The translations under genes were made by a program, and so were the position numbers. A DNA stretch of 64,000 bases from an uncultured Eubacteriales bacterium (lineage in GTDB: Bacteria; Bacillota; Clostridia; Oscillospirales; Oscillospiraceae). Shown in pieces: positions 19,171 through 29,390 of the stretch; position 1 is the stretch's first letter, and each line of letters begins with the position of its first letter. The DNA is taken from the NCBI GenBank assembly GCA_902492005.1, contig CABUJV010000003.1, forward strand, positions 1,746-65,745. The letters run 5' to 3'. The notes under the pieces were generated by a model. The model was not told where the DNA came from and did not search any database. It saw only the letters and a list, made by a program, of their open reading frames with translations.

Positions 19171-19236
19171 TCCTTGCCGTGACGTTTGCGGGGCCGCCTC
19201 CGGACGGAGACGGCCTCTGGACGCCGCTTGTTTTCT

Positions 19237-20613
19237 TTACAGCTCGTAGATAATCTTCTTGAATGCCTCGCCCCGCTGGGCAAAGTTCTTAAACCGGTCA
19301 AAAGACGCGCAGGCCGGCGAGAGAATCACCACATCCCCCGGCTTGGCCATGCTGTGGGCCGCCAGGACCGCCTCGGTAAAACCGTCGTACTTGGCGATGG
19401 GCGGCTGTCCGTGGTACTCCGGGCACCCGCGGACTGCGGCGCTGATCTTGTCCGCCGTGGCGCCGGTGAGAATCAGGTGCTTGACGTGGGCCACCACCTC
19501 CGGTCCCAGCACGTCAAAGGGGATATGCTTGTCGTAGCCGCCGGCGATCAGGATGACCTTTTCCGCAAAAGAGCGCAGACCGGCAATGGTCCGCGACGGA
19601 CTGGAGGCGATGGAGTCGTTGTAGTAGCGCACGCCGTCCAGCGTCCGCACCAGCTCGATGCGGTGCTCCACGCCGCCGAACCGGGCGGCAAACCCCCGAA
19701 TGACCTCGTCGGGTACCAGACCGTCCACGGCGGCGATGGCCGCCATGTAGTTCTCCACGTTGTGGTCGCCGGGCAGGAGGATGTCCTTCAGCAGAAGGAC
19801 GGGGCGGGCACGCACCTCGTTGGACACCCAGATAGCCCCGTCCTTGAGGTAGACGCCCCGCTCCAGCTCCTCCCGGCGGCTGAACTCCATCACCCGGCCG
19901 GGAGCCGTCTCCGCAAAGCCGTGGGTAATGGCGTTGTCCCGGTTGAACACCGCCTTTTCATCGTCGCTTTGGTGGATGAAGATGTTCTCCTTGGAGGCCA
20001 CATACTCGCTCATGGACTTGTGGACGTCCAGATGGTTAGGCGCCAGATTGGTAACCACCGCGATCTCCGGGCTTAGGTCCATGGTCATGAGCTGGAAGGA
20101 GGACAGCTCCAGCACCGCCCAGTCCTGGGGCTCCATGCCGCAGACGTCGGCCAGCAGAGGTTTCCCGATGTTGCCGCCGAGGTAGGTATTGTGCCCGGCG
20201 GCCTTGAGCAGGGAGGCGATGATCGTGGTGGTGGTGGTCTTGCCGTCGCTGCCCGTCACGCCGATGGTGTGGCAGGGACAGATCTGAAAAAACGCCTCCA
20301 TCTCCGAGGTGACGACGCTTCCCCGGGCCTGCGCCTCCAGCAGCGCCGGCACGTCCGGCCGCATTCCCGGCGTGCGGAAGATCACATCCTGATCCAGTCC
20401 CTCCAGATAGTGCTCCCCCAGCTGCAGGCAGGCGCCAAGGCTCTCCAGCTCCTCGCAGAGCCCCCCAAACTCCTCCCGTCTATTCTTGTCACAGGCCGTC
20501 ACGGAAATACCCTCTCGAAGGAGCATTTTGATCAGCGGCGTGTTGGATACGCCGATGCCGATGACAGCCACCCGTTTTCCTTTGAGACCGGCCAGATACT
20601 CCCTGATGTCCAT
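19237..20613 (-). CDS. murD: UDP-N-acetylmuramoyl-L-alanine--D-glutamate ligase
   Basis: GIGVSN, TGSDGKTTT, ELSSFQL, SPACASFD; RBS AGGGGG. Confidence 0.95.
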   Translation of the reverse strand: MDIREYLAGLKGKRVAVIGIGVSNTPLIKMLLREGISVTACDKNRREEFGGLCEELESLGACLQLGEHYLEGLDQDVIFRTPGMRPDVPALLEAQARGSVVTSEMEAFFQICPCHTIGVTGSDGKTTTTTIIASLLKAAGHNTYLGGNIGKPLLADVCGMEPQDWAVLELSSFQLMTMDLSPEIAVVTNLAPNHLDVHKSMSEYVASKENIFIHQSDDEKAVFNRDNAITHGFAETAPGRVMEFSRREELERGVYLKDGAIWVSNEVRARPVLLLKDILLPGDHNVENYMAAIAAVDGLVPDEVIRGFAARFGGVEHRIELVRTLDGVRYYNDSIASSPSRTIAGLRSFAEKVILIAGGYDKHIPFDVLGPEVVAHVKHLILTGATADKISAAVRGCPEYHGQPPIAKYDGFTEAVLAAHSMAKPGDVVILSPACASFDRFKNFAQRGEAFKKIIYEL

Positions 20614-20748
20614 ACTGCCGTCCCCCTTTGCTTCTAAAATCAAGATGAATGCAACTATTATACTGTATCCAGCCAAATATTTCAATCGAATCCACACCGG
20701 TTTACAGAACGTTTGACTTTCCATCCCCGATAAGGTACAATAGGACAC

Positions 20749-21104
20749 GCAAGTAAGCTGGACAGCCGCGTGAGCAGGCCGAAAGGCCGCGCATGAGGAA
20801 AGTCCGGGCTCCACAGGGCAAGGATAACGGGTAACGCCCGCCGGAGGCAACTCCAGGAAAAGTGCAACAGAGAGATACCGCCTTGCCCCTCACGGGGGAC
20901 GAGGTAAGGGTGGAAAGGCGAGGTAAGAGCTCACCCGATGGCTGGAAACTGCCCATCGCTGTAAACTCTATCCGGAGCAACACCGTGGAGGGACACAAAG
21001 GCCGGCCCGGCCGTCCCGAGGAGGTGGCTGGAGCGCGCCGGCGACGGCGCGTCTAGATAGATGGCTGTCTTCAATGACAGAACCCGGCTTACAGGTTTGC
21101 TTGC
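20749..21104 (+). ncRNA. rnpB: RNase P RNA (type A-like)
   Basis: GAGGAAAGTCCGGGC and ACAGAACCCGGCTTA signatures; P1 ends pair; promoter TTGACT-17-TACAAT (20713-20741); terminator downstream. Confidence 0.97.
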
Positions 21105-21225
21105 AAATATGGGGTCCGAGGGCTGACCGCCTCCGGACCCCTGTTTTATGCCCGGGTCAGGCGTCCGCCCGGTCAAAGCGGCGGGCGGTCCATGACCGTC
21201 CGCCGCATATGGATCGGAGCTGTGC

Positions 21226-21957
21226 TCATTCCTGCTCCCAGTTATGGTACACGTTCTGCACATCCTCGTTTTCTTCCAGAAGATCGATGAGCTTCTCCAT
21301 GTTTTTGATGTCCTCTTCGCTCTCCAGTTTGACGTAGTTTTGAGGAACCATCTCCACTTTGGCGGAAACGAAGCTGTACCCCTTCTCCTCCAGCGCCGCC
21401 AGCACGGTGCCGAACCCGTCGGGGGTAGTGGTGATCTCAAAGCACTCGTCGTCAGAGGCATCCATATCGTCCGCTCCGGCATCCAGCGCGTCCATCATAA
21501 CGGTATCCTCGTCCAGATCTTCTTTTTCGATGACGATGACACCTTTCTGGTCAAAGGACCAGGAGACGCAGCCGGTGGCGCCCAGTCCCTTGCCGTACTT
21601 ATCCAGCAGATGGCGTACCTCAGGAGCGGTGCGGTTGCGGTTATCGGTAAGAGCCTCCACAATGACGGACACGCCGGAGGGACCATAGCCCTCATACACC
21701 ACGCTCTCATAGCTGTCGGCATTGCCAGAGCCCAGAGCCTTGTCGATGGTACGCTTAATATTGTCGTTGGGCATGTTGGCAGCCTTAGCTTTGGCCACGA
21801 CGGTGGCCAACCGGGAGTTGTTGTTGGGGTCACCGCTGCCGCCCTGCTTGACCGCCACGATCATCTCACGGGCGATTTTGGTGAAAATCTGAGAGCGCTT
21901 GGCATCCGCCGCGCCCTTGGTTTTCTGAATATTGTGCCACTTGGAGTGTCCAGACAT
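21226..21957 (-). CDS. YebC/PmpR family protein
   Basis: MSGHSKW, YEGYGP, TDNRNRT. Confidence 0.95.
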   Translation of the reverse strand: MSGHSKWHNIQKTKGAADAKRSQIFTKIAREMIVAVKQGGSGDPNNNSRLATVVAKAKAANMPNDNIKRTIDKALGSGNADSYESVVYEGYGPSGVSVIVEALTDNRNRTAPEVRHLLDKYGKGLGATGCVSWSFDQKGVIVIEKEDLDEDTVMMDALDAGADDMDASDDECFEITTTPDGFGTVLAALEEKGYSFVSAKVEMVPQNYVKLESEEDIKNMEKLIDLLEENEDVQNVYHNWEQE

Positions 21958-22040
21958 AATATCGATCCCTTCTCGAAAATTGGCAAAAGCATTTTATCAC
22001 AAGCCTTTGCAGATGGCAACCCCCCACGGCCCCACCGCGC

Positions 22041-22841
22041 TTATAAATAGGAAAAAACCTCTCCATGGACGGCTGAAATCCGCACCTCAAGGTCTGGAAA
22101 GGCCCGTTTCAGATGCTCCACCAGTACGGGGCAGACGACGTTTTCCGTGGGGAAATGCCCCGCATCGATCAGGTTGAGCCTCAGCGCCCTAGCCTCCAGA
22201 AAGCCGTTATATTTTATATCCGAGGTAAGAAAGGTATCACACCCCTGGGCAAGGGCGTCCCCCATCAGATCGCCGCAGGCGCCGCCGCCCACCGCCACCC
22301 GGCGTACCGGCCGCCCGGCATCCACGTAGCGCACGCCGTTGGCCTGCAAAACCGTTTTCACCCAGGCGGCATAGTCAGCCGGCGTGGGAGCTGTATTTCC
22401 TTTCAGGACCCCTACTCTGCCGATCCCATAGGGGACGCCCCTCTCATCCACTCCGCTGGTCTGGAGCATTCCGATTTCCGTCAGGCCCACGGCCCGGGCC
22501 AAAGCGTCGTTGACCCCCCCGGCCACAGCGTCCAGATTGGTGTGGGCGCAGACGGCGGCGATGCCGCCCTCGGCCAGAGCCAGCAGGATACGCCCTGTGG
22601 GGTCCTGATCGGTTATCGAGCGGGCGGGATGAAAAATGACCGGATGGTGAGACACGATGAGCTCCGCCTTCCACTCCGCTGCCTCCCGCACCACCTCTTC
22701 TGTGATATCCAGGGAGACCAGGATGCGCGTTACCTGCCGCTCTCCCCTGCCCACCAGAAAGCCCGCATTGTCAAAGGACATCTGATAGGAAAACGGGGCC
22801 AGTTGATCCACAAATGCATAGATTTCGTTTACCGTTGCCAT
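22041..22841 (-). CDS. Nif3-like dinuclear metal center protein
   Basis: DNAGFLVG, SHHPVIF, HTNLD, DAGHFPTE. Confidence 0.92.
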   Translation of the reverse strand: MATVNEIYAFVDQLAPFSYQMSFDNAGFLVGRGERQVTRILVSLDITEEVVREAAEWKAELIVSHHPVIFHPARSITDQDPTGRILLALAEGGIAAVCAHTNLDAVAGGVNDALARAVGLTEIGMLQTSGVDERGVPYGIGRVGVLKGNTAPTPADYAAWVKTVLQANGVRYVDAGRPVRRVAVGGGACGDLMGDALAQGCDTFLTSDIKYNGFLEARALRLNLIDAGHFPTENVVCPVLVEHLKRAFPDLEVRISAVHGEVFSYL

Positions 22842-23551
22842 TCGTCCCACTCCTCTTTCATCCGTGCCAGATCAGCGTGCCGCACGGTAAGCTCCTCCAG
22901 CCGCTCCGCGTCTCCCGGCTTGGTGGAGCGGCGCAGCCCTTCCAAGGCGCGGCTGGTACGGTTGAGCAGCAGAGTCAGATACTCCGTCCTCCAGGGACTG
23001 TCCATACCCCGGTACTGCCGACCGGCCCAGGCCTCGCCCGGACTCAGCGCCGGCATCGTGCCGGGGCGCACCTGCATGGCGTGGTACAGGGTCTCCCCTT
23101 CCCGGATCAGCTCCTCCCCCTGGATGGAGAAGCCGTGCCCCGCCAGCCAGAGCCGCAGGTCCGGCACAGAGGTCATCGGCTGAAGCAGGAAGGTATGCTC
23201 CCCCGCCCGGGTCCAGGACGCGGTCTCCAGAATGGCGGCGATGGTCTCCCCGCCCATCCCCGCCACGGCAATCACATCCGCCTCCTCCGGCCGTACCGGC
23301 GCAAGGCCGTCTCCCAGCCGGAAGGAGATCCGCTCCGTCAGGCCGTGCCGGGCTGCAGTCTGGTGCGCCCGCTGCAGGGGTCCCTCCCGAAGATCGGTGA
23401 CAATCGCCTGCTCAATTACGCCCTGCTCCAGCAGCCAGACCGGGAGCCGGGCGTGGTCCGTCCCCACGTCGGCAAAGCGTGCGCCCTGGGGCACCTGCCG
23501 GGCCAGGGCCAGCAGCCGCGGCGTCAGCATGATCGGTCTCACTCGGTTCAC
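22829..23551 (-). CDS. trmK: tRNA (adenine22-N1)-methyltransferase
   Basis: ADVGTDHARLP, GDGL, AGMGG, LQPM. Confidence 0.9.
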   Translation of the reverse strand: MNRVRPIMLTPRLLALARQVPQGARFADVGTDHARLPVWLLEQGVIEQAIVTDLREGPLQRAHQTAARHGLTERISFRLGDGLAPVRPEEADVIAVAGMGGETIAAILETASWTRAGEHTFLLQPMTSVPDLRLWLAGHGFSIQGEELIREGETLYHAMQVRPGTMPALSPGEAWAGRQYRGMDSPWRTEYLTLLLNRTSRALEGLRRSTKPGDAERLEELTVRHADLARMKEEWDEWQR

Positions 23552-23572
23552 CTCACCTTCTGTCTGGGCATT

Positions 23573-24064
23573 TCACAGCACATGGTAATAGGGGCAGATA
23601 TCCTCGTAATGGCCGTCTTTCATCCGAAATCCGCCGGGTATGACGCCCAACTGCTGAAAGCCCAGCCGCTCATACAAATGCCGTGCGTGAACATTGGTGG
23701 CCACGACCGCATTGAACTGCAGGATGCGGAATCCCAGCCGCTTCCCCTGAAGCAGGCAGTCCAAGACCAGCTTTTCGCCAATGTGCAGCCCTCTGCAGTC
23801 TCCGCGGACCGCATAGCTGGCGTTGCAGATATGCCCGCACCGGCCCACATTGTTCGGATGTAAGATATAGAGTCCTTTGACCGCCTGGCTCGCTTCCTCC
23901 AGCGCGACGGCGGTATGGGACTGTTCCCGGAAAAAGGCCGCGCCGGTCTCCACCGTCAGCAGCTCCGTCTGCGGAAAAGCGCTCCCGCCCTCCACCACCT
24001 CGTTCCAGACTTGGATCATCTCCTCCAGGTCCTGGTCACCATAGGCTCTTACGTATACGCTCAT
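23573..24064 (-). CDS. GNAT family N-acetyltransferase
   Basis: CNASYAV..RGLHIG, QFNAVVATN. Confidence 0.88.
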   Translation of the reverse strand: MSVYVRAYGDQDLEEMIQVWNEVVEGGSAFPQTELLTVETGAAFFREQSHTAVALEEASQAVKGLYILHPNNVGRCGHICNASYAVRGDCRGLHIGEKLVLDCLLQGKRLGFRILQFNAVVATNVHARHLYERLGFQQLGVIPGGFRMKDGHYEDICPYYHVL

Positions 24065-24132
24065 TTCTGCTGGCTCCTCTTTCTGAGTAAGAAAAAGCGG
24101 AGCGGCGACGCCGCTCCGCTTTCCTCTGGTTT

Positions 24133-24339
24133 TTACTTCACAGCCGCCAGCACGGAATTGACCTTCTCCAGCAGAGCGTTCACGTCCACGCCGTGGACCA
24201 TGCAGGCCTGCTCCACGGTCTCGCCACGGGAGGAGGGGCAGCCCAGGCAGTGCATGCCGATGGACAGGAAGATAGGAGCCGTCTCGGGAGCGATGTCCAG
24301 GATGTCGCCGATGATGGTGTCTTTGGTGATCTGAGCCAT
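24133..24339 (-). CDS. DUF1858 domain protein
   Basis: GMHCLGCP..ETVEQACMVHG; RBS GGAGGT. Confidence 0.88.
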   Translation of the reverse strand: MAQITKDTIIGDILDIAPETAPIFLSIGMHCLGCPSSRGETVEQACMVHGVDVNALLEKVNSVLAAVK

Positions 24340-24478
24340 TGAAAACTACCTCCAAATGAGTAGGAATTAGGGTATGTTTTAGTATACCCCATAATCCCGC
24401 ATATTTCAATAGTTAATTCTCGCCCTGGACAGAAAAAGAGGACGCCGCATTACGGCGTCCTCTTTTCGCATTTGTGGA

Positions 24479-24757
24479 TTAGCCCTGCTCGCGCATACGA
24501 GCAAAGCACTCGCTGCAGTAGACAGGCCGATCGGACTTGGGCTCGAAAGGAACCTTGGCCTCGCCGCCGCAGGCAGCGCAGGTCGCAGTGAAATACTCGC
24601 GGGGGCCGCGGGCGGCCTGCTTGCGGGCATCACGGCAGGACTTGCAGCGCTGGGGCTCGTTCTGGAAGCCGCGCTCGGCATAGAACTCCTGCTCACCGGC
24701 GGTGAACACGAACTCCTGGCCACATTCCTTGCACACTAAAGTCTTGTCTTCGTACAT
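24479..24757 (-). CDS. Zinc-ribbon / CxxC-x17-CxxC domain protein
   Basis: MYEDKTLVCKECG..CAACG..VYCSEC; terminator at 24434-24466. Confidence 0.9.
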   Translation of the reverse strand: MYEDKTLVCKECGQEFVFTAGEQEFYAERGFQNEPQRCKSCRDARKQAARGPREYFTATCAACGGEAKVPFEPKSDRPVYCSECFARMREQG

Positions 24758-24830
24758 GATTTTTCCCTCTCTTTGACTCGTTTGCCCAGGTCCGGAATAA
24801 ACCGACAGTGCTGGGTCTGTAATATTGCGT

Positions 24831-25466
24831 TCAGCCTTGGCTGAAATCGCCGGATGAAAAGTGCTGCGCCACCTTGCGCCGAATGCGCTGCACAGCGTTG
24901 TCCACCGCTTTCGGGGACCGGTCGACCTCTGACGCAATCTCCACGTAGGATAGACCGCGCAGGTAGAGGTCCAAAATTTGTGCTTCGAAGCCGGATAACC
25001 GCCCCTTGAGCGTCCCCAGCCGTTCCCGCCGCTCTTCCCTGCTGATCAACATATCCTCAGGGTTCTGCTGAGGCTGCCGGGATGCGCTGAGTGGATAACT
25101 GTCGGTGTTCCCATCTAAAAGAGGGGTTTCGAAAGAGACATAGTGATTGAGCGGGGTATGCTTATCTCTGGCTGCCGCCCGAATGGCGGAGAGAATGCGA
25201 TTTCGAATGCAGGTTTCGGCATAGGTGCGAAAGGAGCTCCCCTTACCAGGGTCGTACTCCCGAATCGCGCTGAGCAGTCCCACCATACCCTCCTGGATGA
25301 GGTCCTCACTGTCGCCACCGGCCAAAAAATAGGGCCGGGCGCAAACACGCACCAAACGGTTGTAGCGCATCACAAGGGCTTCCTCTGCGATGCGGTCGCC
25401 CGATGCGGCCAACGAACACAGCGCCTCGTCTGCAGTTGGGTTCTGGGTGGTGTATTCTGATTTCAT
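24831..25466 (-). CDS. sigH: RNA polymerase sigma-H factor
   Basis: YFLAGGDSEDLIQEGMVGL, KHTPLN, VDNAVQRIRRK; promoter TTGACA-18-TATAAT (25484-25513). Confidence 0.88.
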   Translation of the reverse strand: MKSEYTTQNPTADEALCSLAASGDRIAEEALVMRYNRLVRVCARPYFLAGGDSEDLIQEGMVGLLSAIREYDPGKGSSFRTYAETCIRNRILSAIRAAARDKHTPLNHYVSFETPLLDGNTDSYPLSASRQPQQNPEDMLISREERRERLGTLKGRLSGFEAQILDLYLRGLSYVEIASEVDRSPKAVDNAVQRIRRKVAQHFSSGDFSQG

Positions 25467-25549
25467 GCCTGAACTCCTTGAGTATTATAGGGCGAAATGG
25501 GGTGAAATGTCAAGCGTTTATGCAGATTATTTTATGAAATTAAAAAATT

Positions 25550-26905
25550 TCACAGGGTTTTTATGACATTTGCCAAGAGATCCGCCGACATTTGGGCCGT
25601 TTCCTTGCTCTGGGCCTCCACCATAACGCGGATGAGTGCCTCCGTACCGGAGGGGCGCACCAGCACACGGCCATTCTCCCTTAACGCCGCTTCCTGCTCC
25701 GACACGGCCGCCCGCAGCGCTTCAGATGCCATAATGGACCTCTTCTGGGCGTTATCGGTGACCGCCACGTTGACCAGCACCTGGGGATACTGCCTGCAGT
25801 CGGCCACCAGTCGGGAGGCGGGCACTCCCGCGCTGTGGAGCAGGCTCAGGAATTGGAGGGCCGTCAGTTCTCCGTCGCCGGTGGTGGCGTGCTCCAGGAA
25901 GATCATATGGCCGGACTGCTCGCCCCCCAGCCGGTATCCGTTGGCAACCATGCACTCCAGCACGTTGCGGTCCCCTACGTCCGTACAGACCACCTGCATC
26001 CCGTTTTCCCGGACAAAGCGGTGCAGGCCGATGTTGGACATGACTGTGGCCACCACGGTACCGCCCTGGAGCTTCCCCTGCTCCTGCAGCCAACGGCCGC
26101 AGACCGCCATGATCTGGTCGCCATCAATGGTCTCACCCTGCTCACTGACCAGCAAGCAGCGGTCCGCGTCGCCGTCAAACGCCACACCAAGATCATAGCC
26201 TCCCGCCTTGACCATGGCGGCCAGGCCCTCCAAATGGGTGGAGCCGCACCCGGCATTGATGTTCACACCGTCCGGGTCGGCATTGATGACGTCCGTATGA
26301 AGATCGGGGAAACGGTCAAACAGCCGGGCTGCTGTAGCCGAAGCCGCGCCGTTGGCGCAGTCCACCAGAATACGCAGGCCGGCCAGATCGGAGTCCACCG
26401 TGGACACCAAGTGGTCGATATAATCCTCCGACGCCTTAGGCGCCACATAATGGACCCGTCCGATCTCCCCGTGGGTCTTACGGGGGACCTTGTTGGTGCC
26501 GTTCAGGATAATATCCTCAATTTTTTCCTCCAGCTCGTCGGAGAGCTTGAAGCCCTGCCCGTTAAAGATCTTAATGCCGTTGTGCTCAAAGGGGTTGTGC
26601 GAAGCGGAGATAACGATGCCGGCATCGGCCTTCTCATCCAGCGTCACCCAGGCCACCGCCGGCGTGGGGATGGTGCCCAGATCCAGCACGTCGGCCCCGG
26701 CGGAGCACAGCCCTCCAATCAGCGCCCCCTTCAGCAGGTCGCAGGAGATGCGCGTATCCTTGCCGATGGTGAACAGCGGCCTGCCGTTCTTCTTTTCTTC
26801 AGAGAGGACCTGCGCGGCGGCGAGGCCCACCTTATAGGCCAGCTCGGCGTCCAGGCCGGCGTTGACCACGCCGCGGATGCCGTCCGTGCCAAAGAGTTTA
26901 CCCAT
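25550..26905 (-). CDS. glmM: Phosphoglucosamine mutase
   Basis: FGTDGIRG, SASHNP, DGDADR, GGEQSGH, RPSGTE. Confidence 0.95.
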   Translation of the reverse strand: MGKLFGTDGIRGVVNAGLDAELAYKVGLAAAQVLSEEKKNGRPLFTIGKDTRISCDLLKGALIGGLCSAGADVLDLGTIPTPAVAWVTLDEKADAGIVISASHNPFEHNGIKIFNGQGFKLSDELEEKIEDIILNGTNKVPRKTHGEIGRVHYVAPKASEDYIDHLVSTVDSDLAGLRILVDCANGAASATAARLFDRFPDLHTDVINADPDGVNINAGCGSTHLEGLAAMVKAGGYDLGVAFDGDADRCLLVSEQGETIDGDQIMAVCGRWLQEQGKLQGGTVVATVMSNIGLHRFVRENGMQVVCTDVGDRNVLECMVANGYRLGGEQSGHMIFLEHATTGDGELTALQFLSLLHSAGVPASRLVADCRQYPQVLVNVAVTDNAQKRSIMASEALRAAVSEQEAALRENGRVLVRPSGTEALIRVMVEAQSKETAQMSADLLANVIKTL

Positions 26906-26927
26906 TCTACATCAGCTCCCGACTCTG

Positions 26928-27977
26928 TCATGATAGGTCCATCTGCTCCTGACCAAAATAGGCCAGACCCAGGTGCTCGTATGCTTTTTTGGTGACACAC
27001 CGCCCTCTGGGGGTGCGGGTAAGGAAGCCCTTCTGCATCAGATACGGCTCGTAGACGTCCTCCAGGGTGACGGCCTCCTCGTTGATGGTGGCGGCCAGGG
27101 TCTCCAGGCCCACGGGGCCGCCGCCGTAGTGTTCAATGATGCTGTGGAGCATCCGCCGGTCGATGGCGTCCAGGCCCAGGTGGTCCACCTCCAGCGCGGT
27201 CAGGGCCTGGTCGGCCACGGAGCGGGTGATGACGCCGCCGGCCTTGACCTGGGCAAAGTCCCGCACCCGCCGGAGCATCCGGTTGGCGATGCGGGGCGTG
27301 CCCCGGCTGCGCCTGGCGATCTCCATGGCTCCCTCGTCCTCGATGGGCACCCCCAGGATGCCGGCGGAGCGGGTGACGATGAGGCACAGCTCCTCCGGAG
27401 TGTAGAGCTCCAGCCGCAGGGTGACGCCAAACCGGTCCCGGAGCGGCGCGGAGAGCTGGCCCGCCCGGGTGGTGGCCCCGATCAGGGTGAATTTCGGCAG
27501 ATCCAGACGGATGGAGTTGGCCGACGGCCCCTTGCCGATGATGATATCGATGGCGTAGTCCTCCATGGCCGGGTAGAGGATCTCCTCCACCGAGCGATTG
27601 AGCCGGTGGATCTCATCCACGAAGAGGATGTCGTTTTCGTTCAGGTTGGTCAGCAGGGCCGCCAAATCGCCGGGCTTTTCGATGGCAGGTCCGGAGGTGA
27701 TGCGAATATTGACCCCCATCTCGTTGGCGATGATGCCGCTGAGCGTGGTTTTGCCCAGCCCCGGGGGGCCGTGCAGCAGCACATGGTCCAGGGGCTCGCT
27801 GCGCATTTTGGCCGCCTGGATAAAAATCTCCAGATTTCCCTTCGCCTTCTTCTGGCCGATGTATTCGCTCAGGGTCTTGGGGCGGAGGGAGTACTCCCCC
27901 TCGTCCTCCCGCAGCAGCGAGGTTGCCACCAAAGGCTGCTCCGTCTCAAAGCCCTCGTTGGAAAAGTCGATGCTCAA
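26928..27977 (-). CDS. ruvB: Holliday junction branch migration helicase RuvB
   Basis: [24 protein letters not shown] start after GAGGAGG. Confidence 0.96.
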   Translation of the reverse strand: MSIDFSNEGFETEQPLVATSLLREDEGEYSLRPKTLSEYIGQKKAKGNLEIFIQAAKMRSEPLDHVLLHGPPGLGKTTLSGIIANEMGVNIRITSGPAIEKPGDLAALLTNLNENDILFVDEIHRLNRSVEEILYPAMEDYAIDIIIGKGPSANSIRLDLPKFTLIGATTRAGQLSAPLRDRFGVTLRLELYTPEELCLIVTRSAGILGVPIEDEGAMEIARRSRGTPRIANRMLRRVRDFAQVKAGGVITRSVADQALTALEVDHLGLDAIDRRMLHSIIEHYGGGPVGLETLAATINEEAVTLEDVYEPYLMQKGFLTRTPRGRCVTKKAYEHLGLAYFGQEQMDLS

Positions 27978-28019
27978 ACGCCCCGCCTCCTCTTGGTCCG
28001 ATGTCGTTCCGCCCACATG

Positions 28020-28622
28020 CTATTTCACCATCTTCTTCAGGGCCTGCTTGATGATGTCCTCCAGCTTCAGGTTCTCCACTTCGATGCCCTTCAGGGCCAC
28101 GGAGACCTCCTGCGTGCTGTAGCCCAGCACGGCCAGAGCGGCGGCGGCCTCTGTGGATTTGTTCTCCGGGATGATGGTCACGCCGGTACCGCCGTAGGTC
28201 TCCCCGCCCGCCGCCATCTGTCCCTTGGCCAGTTTGTCCTTCAGCTCCAGAATGATGCGCTGCGCGATCTTTTTGCCAATCCCAGGCGCCACCGTGAGGG
28301 CTTTTTCATCCCCGGTGATGATGCTCATGGCCAAGCCCTCCGGCGAGGTGGAGGACAAAATGGACAAGGCCGCCTTAGGCCCTACGCCGGATACGCCGAT
28401 GAGCTCCAGAAAGCAGTTTTTCTCCTCCTCCGTAGCAAAACCGTAAAGCTCGAGAAGCTCCTCACGCACATAGAGGTGGGTGTAGAGCTTTGCGCTCTCC
28501 CCCACCTTCAGCCGGGCCAGGGTGTTGTGGGTGGTACGGCAGGCAAACCCCCCCCCGCCGCAGTCCAGGACCGCCAGATAGGGGGCCACATGGGCCACCG
28601 TCCCCTTCAAATAATAAAACAT
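28020..28622 (-). CDS. ruvA: Holliday junction protein RuvA
   Basis: VREE..LYGF, GVGPK, GIGKK. Confidence 0.95.
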   Translation of the reverse strand: MFYYLKGTVAHVAPYLAVLDCGGGGFACRTTHNTLARLKVGESAKLYTHLYVREELLELYGFATEEEKNCFLELIGVSGVGPKAALSILSSTSPEGLAMSIITGDEKALTVAPGIGKKIAQRIILELKDKLAKGQMAAGGETYGGTGVTIIPENKSTEAAAALAVLGYSTQEVSVALKGIEVENLKLEDIIKQALKKMVK

Positions 28623-28633
28623 GGTGGATGCTC

Positions 28634-29167
28634 CTATTTCTTTCGTACTTCATAGCGCCCGCTGCCCGGCCGGGCGGCCTCGGGGCTCTGTAGGCGGGAG
28701 GTGTGGGAGCGGGCGTGGCACAGGGCAATGGCTGCCGCGTCCGCTGCGTCGTCCGGCCGCGGAACGGTCCGGAGCCCCAGAAGCCGCCTGGTCATCTCCA
28801 TGACCTGCCGCTTTTCCGCTTTTCCATAACCCGCCACCGCGAGCTTGACTTCCGAAGGGCTGTACTCGAAGATGGGCACGGCCTGCCGCTCCGCCTCGGT
28901 CAGGATGACGCCCCGCGCCTGAGCCACGCCGATGCCGGTGGTCACATTGTTGTTGAAATAAAGCTCCTCCACCGCCATGGCATCCGGCCGGAACGCAGCC
29001 AGCAATTCACTCATATCGTTGGATATTTGCAGCAGCCGGGCCGGCAGGGGCTGTCCGGCGGGGGTGGTGATGGTCCCGCAGCGGATCAGACGCGGGGTCC
29101 CCCGCTCTGCCTCCAACACCCCAAACCCCACAATGGCAAAGCCGGGGTCGATTCCTAAAATGACCAT
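28634..29167 (-). CDS. ruvC: Crossover junction endodeoxyribonuclease RuvC
   Basis: ILGIDPG, AVEE, DDAADA. Confidence 0.95.
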   Translation of the reverse strand: MVILGIDPGFAIVGFGVLEAERGTPRLIRCGTITTPAGQPLPARLLQISNDMSELLAAFRPDAMAVEELYFNNNVTTGIGVAQARGVILTEAERQAVPIFEYSPSEVKLAVAGYGKAEKRQVMEMTRRLLGLRTVPRPDDAADAAAIALCHARSHTSRLQSPEAARPGSGRYEVRKK

Positions 29168-29390
29168 GGACACCTCCCAGTGTTTATACAAAGGATATTG
29201 TACCACGACCGGTGGACCGGCGCAACCAAAAAACCGCAACGGGAACAGGATGTCCCGGTCTGCGGTCCCATTCCGTTCCGGGCTCAGGACGGCGGAGAAC
29301 CTCTTCCCGGTCTGTGCATTCCGATTGCTTTATCCGCTGGGCTCTGCTATAATACGTTTAATTAATTGAACCATTCGGGAGGTTTTTGAG

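Noticed and set aside
20613..20850. N-terminal extension of murD in the ORF track
   Set aside because: It overlaps rnpB and its promoter; the RBS supports ATG at 20613.
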